Positions 50,048 to 60,283 of a stretch of DNA of 64,000 bases are shown here, piece by piece. The position numbers were made by a program, and so were the translations under genes. This stretch comes from Blautia sp. (GTDB lineage Bacteria > Bacillota > Clostridia > Lachnospirales > Lachnospiraceae). Below the pieces are notes generated by a model. It did not search any database. It saw nothing but the letters and a program-made list of their open reading frames with translations, and was not told the origin of the DNA. Numbering within the stretch: position 1 is the stretch's first letter; each line of letters begins with the position of its first letter. The DNA lies in NCBI GenBank assembly GCA_023664455.1, contig JAMPFM010000007.1:13955-77954 (forward strand), in the 5' to 3' direction.

Positions 50048-51409
50048 ATGATGCAAAAGTTCATAATAAGCCGGTTCCACAAGGAAGCCGGCTTATTATT
50101 TTTCACAATCAATTTCATACTGATACTTGTCCTGACAGACCTGCTTGGGTTTGGTGAGAACGCGCGTTCGATTGTCTATGCGAGCGAAGAAGCAGAGCCT
50201 ATCGTCGTAGTCATTGACCCCGGTCATGGCGGCAAGAATCTGGGCGCAGAATACGAGGATATTACGGAAAAAGAACTGACCCTGACTGTCGCCCAAGCCA
50301 TGAAAGCGGAGTTAGAACAATACGAGGGCATTAGCGTCTATCTGACAAGAACGGATGACACAGGGCTTTCTCTGGAAGAGCGATGTGAATATGCTGCGAA
50401 ACTCCATGCAGATTTTTTATTCTGTCTTCACTTTAATATGTCGGAATATCACACCTTGTTTGGGGCGGAAACCTGGGTCTCGGCTTTTGGTGATATGTAT
50501 GCGAGAGGCTATGCGTTTGCCGAAATTGAAATGGAGCTGCTTGAAAATATGGGACTCTATTCCCGCGGCATCAAGACCCGGTTAAACGATGACGGGGAAG
50601 ATTATTACGGCATCATACGCCATGCAACGGAACGGAATCTGCCCTGCGTCTTAATCGAACACTGTCATTTAGACCAGGACAACGATAAGCCCTTTTATGA
50701 CCGTCAGGAAAAACTGGAAGCCTTCGGCAGGCTGGACGCCGAGGCAGTCGCCAGATATTATGGACTGCGCTCCGAGAGCCTTGGAAACGATTTTAGCGAC
50801 TATCCACGCCATGAAATCGAGGCTCCCATGCATGTCGTGCGCCCGGATTTCACGAAACCGGACGTCTGTCTGATAGAAGAGGTTGGGAAAAATGAGAAGC
50901 GGGGGGAAGTGACGCTGCGCCTATCCGCTGCGGATTATGATAGCGGTATGCTCTATTACGCCTACAGCTATGACGGCGGCATGACGTTTTCTGAGCTGCA
51001 AAAATGGCCGGATAAATCCGTGGATACCTTTGAACTGACGCTGACGATACCTTCCGGCATCATTCCCCAGATTGTCATAAATGCCTATAACGGCTATGAT
51101 TTATACACTACAAGCAATCTACTTAGCTTACCGTCCATGAACGCTCCGGCGAATCAGGAAAAAGCTGGCAATTCAGATACTGATCCTGCTTTAGAAAAGG
51201 AAACTGCAGATACCGTCATAAAATCCGGCAATTCGACAGGTTTCATGCGGACGCATGACGAAGAAGAAGCGGAAACGCCCCTTGGCGTCATTGAATTTCT
51301 CAAGTTATGCCTCTTATGCGCTTTTCTCGTTTTTATTCTGGTCTTTTCTGTTTATCTGGCGCTTAGAAGCTATAAACGGAAGCGGAGGCGTAGAAGAAAA
51401 CATAAATAA
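50048..51409 (+). CDS. N-acetylmuramoyl-L-alanine amidase (Amidase_3) with C-terminal membrane anchor
   Basis: VIDPGHGG, EKELTL, YLTR, SLEERC, CLHFN, LIEH; C-terminal TM followed by a basic tail. Confidence 0.85.
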   Translation: MMQKFIISRFHKEAGLLFFTINFILILVLTDLLGFGENARSIVYASEEAEPIVVVIDPGHGGKNLGAEYEDITEKELTLTVAQAMKAELEQYEGISVYLTRTDDTGLSLEERCEYAAKLHADFLFCLHFNMSEYHTLFGAETWVSAFGDMYARGYAFAEIEMELLENMGLYSRGIKTRLNDDGEDYYGIIRHATERNLPCVLIEHCHLDQDNDKPFYDRQEKLEAFGRLDAEAVARYYGLRSESLGNDFSDYPRHEIEAPMHVVRPDFTKPDVCLIEEVGKNEKRGEVTLRLSAADYDSGMLYYAYSYDGGMTFSELQKWPDKSVDTFELTLTIPSGIIPQIVINAYNGYDLYTTSNLLSLPSMNAPANQEKAGNSDTDPALEKETADTVIKSGNSTGFMRTHDEEEAETPLGVIEFLKLCLLCAFLVFILVFSVYLALRSYKRKRRRRRKHK

Positions 51410-52316
51410 GGGCGGTTATTGCCGTCTGGATACATTTGTGCATGAAATAACGGGATAGGGACAAATTGGTATCTTTAATCATGCTGTAAGTCTGCGCCAT
51501 GCAGGATAAACCGCCGAAGGGAAGCAGCGTCAGGATTAAGAACATTCCTTTTTGCCCGATGTAATTGATGCCGCTTGTAATTTCCAGCATACAGTTACAC
51601 AATGCCAGAAACATCTGGGGCAGGGAAGAAAAGGGCAGAAGCATCACATTTAACAGATTAAAGAAAACCATGTAACCGCCCAGTTTACCAATACCGATTA
51701 ACCCAGAAACAATTGACTCGTCAACGGCTTCCAGCAAAGAAGGAACACGCGTAGAGTCCCCAGAAGTTATAGGGGAATAGAAAAACGTCGCAGGGTTTCT
51801 ATAAAACAACATACGGTAAATCCATCCATAGAAAAGCGGTACGCCGTACATAATCAGAAGCGGCGCCCAATGTCCCGACAAGGACAAGGTTCCCATGACA
51901 AAACTGGTAAAATAAATCGGTCCGATATTGTTACAAAAGGAAAGCAGAAATTCCCCTTCCCGCTCGGATAACCTGCCCACGTGACATAGCTCGCCGATTA
52001 CCCTTGCGCCCATCGGGAAGCCGCAGAGCATTCCGATTAAGATGACATAGGAGCCGTTTAAGGAAGTCCCCCATATTGCATGAAACAGGGGATGAAACCA
52101 CTTGGCAAAGCGTTCCGTCAGATTCCTGCGTACCATAATGCCGGATAGAATCATAAAGGGCAGGAGCGTCGGAATCATTTTCTGGAACCATAAAAGCAGT
52201 CCGGTATTCGCATAAGTAAGGGACTGGGCAGGATAGCGCAGAAGCAGATATGTCAGATAGAGGGCAAGCAGCGTAAATAAAAGCTGCACAAAAGAATCCG
52301 ATATTTTTTTTAACAT
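51363..52316 (-). CDS. ylbJ: Sporulation integral membrane protein YlbJ family
   Basis: GL.LWF....PTLLPFMILS, G.LCGFPMGA, FCNN.GP.Y, LE.TSG, FGG.SC..Q; located after rsmD-coaD on the opposite strand, as in Bacillus. Confidence 0.8.
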   Translation of the reverse strand: MLKKISDSFVQLLFTLLALYLTYLLLRYPAQSLTYANTGLLLWFQKMIPTLLPFMILSGIMVRRNLTERFAKWFHPLFHAIWGTSLNGSYVILIGMLCGFPMGARVIGELCHVGRLSEREGEFLLSFCNNIGPIYFTSFVMGTLSLSGHWAPLLIMYGVPLFYGWIYRMLFYRNPATFFYSPITSGDSTRVPSLLEAVDESIVSGLIGIGKLGGYMVFFNLLNVMLLPFSSLPQMFLALCNCMLEITSGINYIGQKGMFLILTLLPFGGLSCMAQTYSMIKDTNLSLSRYFMHKCIQTAITALIYVFFYASASVYSF

Positions 52317-52411
52317 AAACCTTCCATGTCAGGGCAGCCGCTTTCATTACACCGCGCCCGGACGCCGAAATCAACTCTTACTTTTAATATATGTCAACAG
52401 GAGGAGCGGAT

Positions 52412-53077
52412 ATGCAATCCGATAAACTATCATTGGACAAAATAGAGGCGGTCATTTTCGACTTAGACGGCTCCTTGGTGGACTCTATGTGGCTATGGCA
52501 TGCTATTGATATCGAATACTTAGGCAGATTCGGCTTAACACCGCCCGCAGATTTGCAGGCCCGCATCGGCGGAAGGAGTTTTAGCGAGACTGCGGTTTAC
52601 TTTAAGGAAACCTTCCAGATTCCCGATACGTTAGAGCAGATTAAGGCGGACTGGAACCGGATGGCATGGGATAAATACAGCCATGAAGTCCCCCTAAAGG
52701 CGGGCGCAGAGCTTTTCATAGAGCGTTGTGTCCGGCAGAATATCCGTCTGGGGATTGCTACGAGTAATTCCAGGGAGTTAGTAGAAAACGTTATCGCTGT
52801 CCATCGTCTGACCTCTTATTTTAACTGTATTATGACAGGCTGCGATGTGGAAAGGGGAAAGCCGGCGCCGGATATTTATCTTGCCGCGGCGAAAGCGCTT
52901 GTGGCAAAACCCGAACGCTGCCTTGTATTTGAAGACATCATTCCCGGCATTCTGGCTGGAAAAGCGGCGGGCATGAAAGTATGCGCCGTCTATGATGATG
53001 CATCTGCGCCGGAAGATAGCAGGAAGAAAGAACTTGCCGACTATTATATTCATGATTTTAGGGATATCGTAGAGTAA
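52412..53077 (+). CDS. HAD-family phosphatase (beta-PGM/CbbY-like)
   Basis: IFDLDGSLVDS, ATSN, GKPAPDIYL, VFED...G..AG..AGM. Confidence 0.9.
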   Translation: MQSDKLSLDKIEAVIFDLDGSLVDSMWLWHAIDIEYLGRFGLTPPADLQARIGGRSFSETAVYFKETFQIPDTLEQIKADWNRMAWDKYSHEVPLKAGAELFIERCVRQNIRLGIATSNSRELVENVIAVHRLTSYFNCIMTGCDVERGKPAPDIYLAAAKALVAKPERCLVFEDIIPGILAGKAAGMKVCAVYDDASAPEDSRKKELADYYIHDFRDIVE

Positions 53078-53099
53078 GAATGGGGGATTACTACAAAAT

Positions 53100-55046
53100 A
53101 TGGGATTTTTACCGATATCAAAAGAGGATATGGAACGCGAAGGAATCCGCCAGCTGGATTTCGTCTATGTAATCGGGGACGCCTATGTGGATCATCCCTC
53201 TTTTGGTCATGCGATTATCAGCCGGGTACTGGAAGCCCGCGGTTATCGTGTGGGCATCATATCGCAGCCGGACTGGCGGGATGATGGGAGTATCACGGTG
53301 CTTGGGAAACCCCGGCTGGGGTTTCTTGTATCCGCCGGCAACATGGATTCTATGGTAAATCATTATTATGTTTCAAAGAAACACCGGCAGCATGACGCCT
53401 ATACCCCCGGCGGCGTCCCTTATATGCGCCCCGATTATGCCTCTATCGTATATGGAAACCTGATACGGAAAACTTATAAGGACGTCCCCATTATTCTTGG
53501 CGGCATCGAAGCCAGCCTGCGCCGGATGGCGCATTATGATTACTGGTCCGATAGGCTGAAACATTCCGTATTGCTGGATAGCCAGGCGGATTTGATTTCT
53601 TATGGGATGGGGGAAAAATCCATTGTGGAAATTGCCGATGCGCTTGCGGCCGGCATTGCGGTAAAAGATATTACCTTCCTTCCCGGCACGGTTTATAAGA
53701 CAAGGGACTTATCCGGCATTTATCAGCCCATCATGCTGCCTTCCTATGAGGCTATGGAAGCTGACCCTATGCGGTACGCGGATAGTTTTGCCATCCAATA
53801 TCAGAATACGGACGCTTTTACCGGACAGGTTCTGGTAGAAGAATATCCGCATCAGATTTATATCGTGCAAAATCCGCCCCCGAAGCCGCTTACGACACCA
53901 GAAATGGATTCCATCTACGAACTTCCCTATATGCGCGCTTATCACCCCTCTTATGAGGCAAAAGGCGGCGTCCCGGCAATTTCGGAAGTCAAATTTTCCC
54001 TGATTAGTAACCGGGGCTGTTTTGGCGGCTGCAGCTTTTGTGCGCTCACATTCCATCAGGGAAGGACACTACAGACAAGAAGTCATGAATCCCTTTTAAA
54101 AGAAGCCGAAGAGATGATAAAAGACCCCGATTTTAAAGGCTATATCCATGACGTGGGCGGCCCTACCGCCAATTTCAGGCGCCCGTCCTGCCAGAAACAG
54201 CTTAAAGAAGGTGTCTGTAACCATAGGCAGTGCCTTTTTCCCAAGCCCTGTCCGAATCTGGTTGTGGACCATACGGATTATCTTGCACTGCTTCGGAAGC
54301 TGCGCTCCCTGCCGGGCGTAAAAAAGGTGTTTATCCGTTCCGGGATTCGTTTTGACTATCTGCTTGCGGATAAAGACGAAACTTTTTTTAGGGAACTGGC
54401 AGCGCATCATGTCAGCGGACAGTTAAAAGTCGCGCCAGAACATATCTCAGACGCCGTTTTAACCAAAATGGGGAAGCCGGGGCGGGATATTTACGAGCAA
54501 TTTGTCCGAAAGTATGATAAAATCAATGAGAGACTTGGGAAAAAGCAGTTTCTGGTGCCTTATCTGATGTCTTCCCATCCGGGCTCTACCCTAAAAGAAG
54601 CGGTAGAACTTGCGGAGTATTCCAGGGATATCGGATATATGCCGGAGCAGGTACAGGATTTTTACCCGACGCCGTCCACCGTCTCTACCGTCATGTACTA
54701 TACCGGAATCGACCCGCGCACCAAAGAGCCTGTTTATGTCTGTAAAAATCCCCATGAGAAGGCAATGCAGCGGGCGCTCATTCAATACCGTAATCCAGAC
54801 AATTACGAGCTTGTGTACGAAGCCCTCATCAAAGCGGGCAGGAAGGACTTAATCGGGTTTGATAAGAAGTGCCTGATTCGTCCCAGAAAATCCCGGATGG
54901 ATACACAAAAAAACCAGAGCGCTTCGCCAAAAATACGGAAAACTGGTCAAAAAGCGCCAGATAAGACAAACGGCAATGCAGATAAGACACATTCCAGAAA
55001 GAAAAAGAAGAAAACCATACGGAATATACATAAGCGGAAAGGTTGA
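53100..55046 (+). CDS. ygiQ: YgiQ-family radical SAM protein
   Basis: GDAYVDHPSFG, GGIEASLRR.AHYDYW, RGCFGGCSFC, DVGGPTAN, QVQDFYPTP; basic tail. Confidence 0.92.
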   Translation: MGFLPISKEDMEREGIRQLDFVYVIGDAYVDHPSFGHAIISRVLEARGYRVGIISQPDWRDDGSITVLGKPRLGFLVSAGNMDSMVNHYYVSKKHRQHDAYTPGGVPYMRPDYASIVYGNLIRKTYKDVPIILGGIEASLRRMAHYDYWSDRLKHSVLLDSQADLISYGMGEKSIVEIADALAAGIAVKDITFLPGTVYKTRDLSGIYQPIMLPSYEAMEADPMRYADSFAIQYQNTDAFTGQVLVEEYPHQIYIVQNPPPKPLTTPEMDSIYELPYMRAYHPSYEAKGGVPAISEVKFSLISNRGCFGGCSFCALTFHQGRTLQTRSHESLLKEAEEMIKDPDFKGYIHDVGGPTANFRRPSCQKQLKEGVCNHRQCLFPKPCPNLVVDHTDYLALLRKLRSLPGVKKVFIRSGIRFDYLLADKDETFFRELAAHHVSGQLKVAPEHISDAVLTKMGKPGRDIYEQFVRKYDKINERLGKKQFLVPYLMSSHPGSTLKEAVELAEYSRDIGYMPEQVQDFYPTPSTVSTVMYYTGIDPRTKEPVYVCKNPHEKAMQRALIQYRNPDNYELVYEALIKAGRKDLIGFDKKCLIRPRKSRMDTQKNQSASPKIRKTGQKAPDKTNGNADKTHSRKKKKKTIRNIHKRKG

Positions 55047-55110
55047 AAAACCGTATCTTGAAACCAGAAAACGCCAAAGCATCCGGGCAGACCCGGAAAG
55101 AAGGAGGACT

Positions 55111-55875
55111 ATGAACATAGCGGTTATTACGGGAGCCTCTTCCGGCATGGGCAGAGAGTTTGCAAGACAACTTGCCCCCACACTATCTAAAACAAAAGAA
55201 CTCTGGCTGGTTGCCAGAAGAAAAGAAGCCTTAGAGGAAACGGCGGCATTTTTAGAAAGCTCATTCCTAAAAGAGAAGGGCGATCGGACGCCTAAAATCC
55301 GCATCCTGCCGATGGACATCACGGAAGATGCGCAGTTATCCCAATTTGCAGAAATTCTCATGATACGAAACGCCCATATATCGGTGCTCATAAACTGTGC
55401 GGGCGTCGGCACTTATGGAGCATTTGAGAAGCAATCCAGGGACGAGGTGGCAGAAACGGTGCGGCTGAATGTCCTGGCGCTGACGCAGATTACCAAATTC
55501 TGTCTTCCCTATATGAAAAAGGGCAGTAAAATCATCCAGCTATCTTCGGGAAGCGCCTTCCTGCCGCAGCCGGATTTCGCGGTATATGCTGCTTCTAAAG
55601 CTTATGTTTACTCTTTTGGGAAGGCATTGGCAAAGGAGTTAAAAAAAGAAGGCATTCTGGTCACCGTAGTCTGTCCGGGGCCTGTGGATACGCCGTTTCT
55701 TGCGCATGCCTATGGAAGATACGGCAAGATGAATTTCTTTAAGAAACTGACAATGGCAAAGCCTGAGAAAGTGGTTAAAAAAGCGCTGGCGGACAGTAAA
55801 CGAAAGAAGGCATTGTCCATCTATGGAATGCCGATGAATGCATTATACAAACTGACGAGAGGACTCATTCGATGA
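55111..55875 (+). CDS. SDR-family oxidoreductase
   Basis: ITGASSGMG, INCAG, YAASK; ATG 55111 after aaggagg. Confidence 0.9.
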   Translation: MNIAVITGASSGMGREFARQLAPTLSKTKELWLVARRKEALEETAAFLESSFLKEKGDRTPKIRILPMDITEDAQLSQFAEILMIRNAHISVLINCAGVGTYGAFEKQSRDEVAETVRLNVLALTQITKFCLPYMKKGSKIIQLSSGSAFLPQPDFAVYAASKAYVYSFGKALAKELKKEGILVTVVCPGPVDTPFLAHAYGRYGKMNFFKKLTMAKPEKVVKKALADSKRKKALSIYGMPMNALYKLTRGLIR

Positions 55876-56441
55876 AAAAAATAATTGCAAAAGGTCAATA
55901 CGGCTATCTTAAAAACCGGAAACTCCTATCTACTCTTAGGACTATCCTTTTTTTCGGAATATCCCTTGCGATCTATGGCATCGGCATTTATTCTACCGGC
56001 AGCAATAAAAACCTTCTGACCATCGTTGCCGTATTGGGCTGCCTTCCATCCTGCAAGAGCGCCGTCAACGCGGTCATGTTCTGGAGGGCGAAAGGCTGCA
56101 GCGAGATGGTACGGGATAAGGTTGCGCCCTTTGATGGAAAGTTACTTTCTTTTTACGATATGTATTTTACTTCCTACCGGGAAAATTTTCCAATCAGCCA
56201 TATGGTGTTAAAAGGCAATGTCCTCTGCGGCTACACGGAAAGTGCGAAATGCAATGTAAACGCAGGAGAAAAACATCTGGAGCAGATGCTTCTACAGGAT
56301 GGTTATAAAAACATGACGATAAAAATCTTCCAGAATATAGATAAATATGTTGACCGTCTTGGTCAATTACAAGCAGCGGATATTGAGCCGCATAAGCATA
56401 CGGACGACATCGTGAAAACGCTTTACTCCATATCCTTATAA
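55872..56441 (+). CDS. Hypothetical membrane protein
   Basis: Two N-terminal TMs plus a soluble domain; ATGA overlap with the SDR gene. Confidence 0.7.
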   Translation: MKKIIAKGQYGYLKNRKLLSTLRTILFFGISLAIYGIGIYSTGSNKNLLTIVAVLGCLPSCKSAVNAVMFWRAKGCSEMVRDKVAPFDGKLLSFYDMYFTSYRENFPISHMVLKGNVLCGYTESAKCNVNAGEKHLEQMLLQDGYKNMTIKIFQNIDKYVDRLGQLQAADIEPHKHTDDIVKTLYSISL

Positions 56442-56489
56442 TATTTTATGTAATTAGGAAATAAAGCATTCTTCCCAAGATAATCGGAG

Positions 56490-57500
56490 TTGACAGCCAT
56501 GTATCAGAGAATCATCACCCCAAGGGAAGCCGGGCAGCGGCTTGATAAATATCTTCATAAATTACTGCCAGGGGCCGGAAGCAGTTTTTTGTATAAGATG
56601 CTTCGCAAAAAGAACATCGTTTTAAATGATAAGAAAGCACAGGGCAGTGAAAAAATCGTTTCCGGCGACGTGATATCCGTCTATTTTTCGGAAGAGACCT
56701 TACAGAAATTCATGGGCGTACAGCAGACAAGTCCCCGGATTTCTGAAACAGCGGTTCCGGTTTTATACGAAAATGAACATATTCTGATTGCTGATAAACC
56801 TGCGGGGCTCCTGACCCAGAAGGCAGATATATCCGATGTTTCCTTAAATGAATGGCTTGTCCGGTATCTGCTTGCCACCCATCAGATAACAGAGGCAGAG
56901 TTACAGACCTACAGACCTTCCGCCTGTAACCGCTTAGACAGAAATACGAGCGGCATCGTTTTGTGCGGCAAAACCGTAGCCGGCGCGCAGATGCTTTCAG
57001 AGGTTTTAAAATCCCGCCGGCTTCACAAATTTTATATGCTCTATGCAAAAGGAAGTCTGTCCAAAGAGCAGACCATCGAGGGCTATTTGATAAAAGATAC
57101 ACAACACAATAAAGTACGGATTGATTCCAAGCCCCATGCCGCCCAAAGCGGCGGGCGCACACCAGTCAGGGAATCTTATATCCAGACAAGATATGTCCCC
57201 ATTCGTGAAGAAAGCGATAAAACCTTGTTGGAAGTGGAGCTGATTACCGGCAAATCCCATCAGATACGCGCCCATCTTGCCAGTATCGGGCATCCATTGC
57301 TGGGAGACTATAAATACGGTGATAAACGCTGGAATGATAGCTATAAAAGAGACTTTCAGATTTCCCACCAGCTTTTATGCGCCCATAAAGTCGTTTTTCC
57401 GTCGTTAGATACACCTTTTATGGAACTAAGTGAAAAGACGTTTTATGCGCCGCTGCCGGATATTTTTGATACCATTGCGGATGCATCCCCTTCCAGATAA
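56490..57500 (+). CDS. RluA-family pseudouridine synthase
   Basis: S4-like N-terminus QRLDKYL, DKPAGL, NRLDRNTSG (catalytic Asp), ITGKSHQIRAHL..IGHPL.GD.KYG. Confidence 0.93.
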   Translation: MTAMYQRIITPREAGQRLDKYLHKLLPGAGSSFLYKMLRKKNIVLNDKKAQGSEKIVSGDVISVYFSEETLQKFMGVQQTSPRISETAVPVLYENEHILIADKPAGLLTQKADISDVSLNEWLVRYLLATHQITEAELQTYRPSACNRLDRNTSGIVLCGKTVAGAQMLSEVLKSRRLHKFYMLYAKGSLSKEQTIEGYLIKDTQHNKVRIDSKPHAAQSGGRTPVRESYIQTRYVPIREESDKTLLEVELITGKSHQIRAHLASIGHPLLGDYKYGDKRWNDSYKRDFQISHQLLCAHKVVFPSLDTPFMELSEKTFYAPLPDIFDTIADASPSR

Positions 57501-57538
57501 AAGGAACTGACTATCAGATACAGGAAACTTTTGTTTTC

Positions 57539-57746
57539 CAGGCAATTGCGAAACTAAAGTATAGAAACGTGTAGTTGTACAGAATATACAATTCCAAAAG
57601 CAGGTACTGTGAAAACGCCGGTACTTAGATGCCGTATTCTGGCATCTTATGTACCGCTGCGTTTGAACCGTAGCGAGAGCGTGCCTGCGTTGGATTGTAT
57701 ATTCTGTACAACGGACGGCTGCAAAGTCTTAGTTTCGCAAACGACT
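57539..57746 (-). mobile_element. 208-bp MITE-like palindromic repeat, copy 3 (inverted)
   Basis: Perfect 12-bp TIR ttgcgaaactaa/ttagtttcgcaa at 57546-57557 and 57729-57740; flanked by the exact 13-bp direct repeat aacttttgttttc (57526-57538 and 57747-57759). Confidence 0.8.
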
Positions 57747-57798
57747 AACTTTTGTTTTCAAATTGAAAGGAAACCGGATACTAAAGGAAGCAAACATT

Positions 57799-58335
57799 AT
57801 GGCTACTTGGAATTCCAGAGGGTTACGAGGCTCTACGCTAGAAGACCTGATTAACCGCACAAACGAAAAATATGCAGAAAACGGACTGGCGCTGATTCAG
57901 AAAATCCCAACGCCGATTACGCCGATTACGATTGACAAACAGAGCCGGCACATTACGCTCGCCTATTTTGAGCAGAAGAGTACCGTAGACTATATCGGCG
58001 CAGTGCAGGGGATCCCCGTCTGTTTTGACGCCAAAGAATGCGCCACAGACACCTTTGCCCTGCAGAATATCCATGAACACCAGCTCCTTTTCATGGAACA
58101 ATTTGAGAAACAAAAGGGCGTCGCCTTTTTTCTCATCTACTATACGCACAAAGATATTTTCTATTACCTACCCTGCGAAATGCTCCGCTATTTCTGGGAC
58201 AGGGCAGCCGCGGGCGGCAGGAAAAGCTTTCGCTTTGAAGAATTGAATCCCGCCTATGTGCTTCCGAAAAAACACGGGATTCTTGTCCCTTATCTGGATA
58301 TGATACAAAAAGATTTGGACGACAGGATAGAATAA
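57799..58335 (+). CDS. recU: Holliday junction resolvase RecU
   Basis: RG..LE..IN.TN..Y, IQKIPTP, KSTVDYIG, FDAKE, IHEHQ. Confidence 0.93.
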   Translation: MATWNSRGLRGSTLEDLINRTNEKYAENGLALIQKIPTPITPITIDKQSRHITLAYFEQKSTVDYIGAVQGIPVCFDAKECATDTFALQNIHEHQLLFMEQFEKQKGVAFFLIYYTHKDIFYYLPCEMLRYFWDRAAAGGRKSFRFEELNPAYVLPKKHGILVPYLDMIQKDLDDRIE

Positions 58336-58336
58336 A

Positions 58337-58365
58337 TTGACAAACCATTCTTTTTCCGCTATACT
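58337..58365 (+). promoter_or_regulatory. Sigma-A promoter for the his operon
   Basis: TTGACA-17 bp-TATACT. Confidence 0.75.
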
Positions 58366-58460
58366 ACATTTGTTTCATACAGTAATATGGTATCGAATTA
58401 ACGCTTTACCTTGTTAAAGCAAGTGAATTGAATTACCACTGAAAGGGGTCTGATATTATC

Positions 58461-59579
58461 ATGAATGAGCATATGGTACATACACCGGAAGGCGTCCGTG
58501 ATATTTACGGTGATGAAAAAGAAAAGAAAATGAAAGTGGAGCAGCTTCTTCTAGACTGCATTCATTCCTATGGATATCGGGATATTCAGACGCCTACGTT
58601 TGAATTTTTCGACGTTTTTTCTAAGGAAGTAGGCACCACGCCTTCCAAGGAACTGTATAAATTTTTTGACAAAGAAGGAAATACGCTGGCGCTGCGCCCC
58701 GATTTTACCCCCTCTATCGCAAGAAGCGCCGCGAAATATTTCGGGGAAGAACAGGCGCCCATCCGTTTCTGTTATCAGGGCAATACCTTTACGAATACTT
58801 CCAATTTACAGGGGAAATTAAAAGAAGTCACGCAGATGGGGGCGGAACTTATCGGAGATATTTCTGTCTATGCCGATGCAGAAATGATTGCACTGACCAT
58901 CGAGGCCCTTCATGGCGCGGGATTGCGGGATTTCCAGGTAAGCGTCGGGAATCTGGAATATTTCAAAGGAATCTGCGCCGAGGCAGGACTGGATGAAGAT
59001 ACCGAACTGACGCTCAGGGAGCTGATATCCGGCAAAAATTATTTCGGGGCGGAAGAGCTGCTTGCCCATAAGAATGTCCGGCAGAAAGACAGGGAAATCC
59101 TCTTAAAGACGAGCGATTTATTCGGCTCGATAGAAGCGCTAAAAGAAGCCGGGGCTGCAGTGGACAACAAACGTTCCCGCCAGGCAATCGAACGGCTTAG
59201 ACAAGTCTATCAGGTACTCTGTCATTATGGTGTGGAAAAATATGTTTCTTTTGACCTTACGATGTTAAGCAAGTACCATTATTATACCGGTATCATCTTC
59301 AAAGGCTATACTTACGGCGTAGGAGACGCCATTGTCAAAGGCGGGCGCTACGATACTTTGCTTGGGCGTTTTGGGAAAAATGCGCCGGCGATTGGCTTTG
59401 TGATTGCAATCGACGATTTGCTCTGGGCGATGAACCGTCAGAATATCGGCATCGATTGTGCTACGAAGCGTCAAAAAATATATTACAAACCGGATACATT
59501 TGCAGAACAGTTAAAACTCGCAAAAACCTTGCGCTCAGAGGGCGCATGCGTGGAATTTCTCCCTGAGGGATCCTGTTAA
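58461..59579 (+). CDS. hisZ: ATP phosphoribosyltransferase regulatory subunit
   Basis: HisRS-like TPEGVRD, TPTFE, LALRPDFTPSIAR, Q.GAELIG, YYTGIIF, GGRYD.L; precedes a short hisG. Confidence 0.93.
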   Translation: MNEHMVHTPEGVRDIYGDEKEKKMKVEQLLLDCIHSYGYRDIQTPTFEFFDVFSKEVGTTPSKELYKFFDKEGNTLALRPDFTPSIARSAAKYFGEEQAPIRFCYQGNTFTNTSNLQGKLKEVTQMGAELIGDISVYADAEMIALTIEALHGAGLRDFQVSVGNLEYFKGICAEAGLDEDTELTLRELISGKNYFGAEELLAHKNVRQKDREILLKTSDLFGSIEALKEAGAAVDNKRSRQAIERLRQVYQVLCHYGVEKYVSFDLTMLSKYHYYTGIIFKGYTYGVGDAIVKGGRYDTLLGRFGKNAPAIGFVIAIDDLLWAMNRQNIGIDCATKRQKIYYKPDTFAEQLKLAKTLRSEGACVEFLPEGSC

Positions 59580-59626
59580 TTAGACAACTTTATTGCACAT
59601 AGTTTTAGGAAAGGTGTTATAATAAA

Positions 59627-60283
59627 ATGAGTGAAGAAAGATATCTGACCTTTGCGCTTACCAAAGGCAGACTTGCGAAAAAAACGATGGAACTATTAGA
59701 AAAAATCGGCATTACCTGCGAGGAAATGAAAGAGAAAGATTCCCGGAAGCTTATTTTTGTCAACGAAGCCCTGAAACTGAAATTTTTTCTCGCCAAAGGA
59801 CCCGACGTGCCTACTTATGTAGAATACGGCGCAGCGGATATCGGCGTGGTGGGAAAAGATACCATCTTAGAAGAAAACAGACGGGTCTATGAGGTACTCG
59901 ATTTGGGATACGGCAAATGCCGTATGTGCGTCTGCGGTCCAGGGAGCGCCGAAGAACTTTTAAAACACCGGGAAATGATTCGTGTCGCAAGCAAATATCC
60001 GAATATTGCCAAAGACTATTTTTATAATAAAAAACATCAGACCGTAGATATTATTAAATTAAACGGCTCCGTAGAGTTAGGACCGATTGTGCAGCTTTCC
60101 GACGTCATCGTGGATATCGTGGAAACTGGCTCTACCCTTAGGGAAAACGGTCTGGAAGTGTTGGAAGAAATCTGCCCTTTATCCGCCCGCATGATTGTCA
60201 ATCAGGTCAGTATGCAGATGGAACCCGAACGCATTCGGAAACTGATTACGGATTTAAAAGCAGAAACAGGAGGGACACAATAG
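59627..60283 (+). CDS. hisG: ATP phosphoribosyltransferase, short form
   Basis: ALTKGRL, DVPTYVEYGAADIGVVGKD, VASKYPN, GSVELGP...L.D.IVDIVETGSTLRENGL. Confidence 0.96.
   Translation: MSEERYLTFALTKGRLAKKTMELLEKIGITCEEMKEKDSRKLIFVNEALKLKFFLAKGPDVPTYVEYGAADIGVVGKDTILEENRRVYEVLDLGYGKCRMCVCGPGSAEELLKHREMIRVASKYPNIAKDYFYNKKHQTVDIIKLNGSVELGPIVQLSDVIVDIVETGSTLRENGLEVLEEICPLSARMIVNQVSMQMEPERIRKLITDLKAETGGTQ

Noticed and set aside
51260-51409. Amidase C-terminus (TM plus basic tail) as a substrate for the window's sortase
   Set aside because: No recognisable sorting pentapeptide before the TM (ETPLG is not convincing).
55872-56441. Faint NERD-nuclease resemblance (ISHMVL) in the membrane hypothetical protein
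   Set aside because: The acidic catalytic residues are absent; similarity is too weak to call.
57609-57854. ORF MKTPVLRCRILASYVPLRLNRSES... shared by all three repeat copies (also 28003-28230 minus, and a ~56-aa minus frame in copy 1)
   Set aside because: GTG start with a weak SD; most differences between copies change amino acids; the C-termini run into unrelated flanks. Best explained as a shadow ORF of the repeat. Ribosome profiling could overturn this.
59593-59623. TTGCAC...TGnTATAAT in front of hisG
   Set aside because: 19-bp spacing, and the -10 lies between the SD and the ATG only 3 nt upstream of the start; probably AT-rich spacer sequence.
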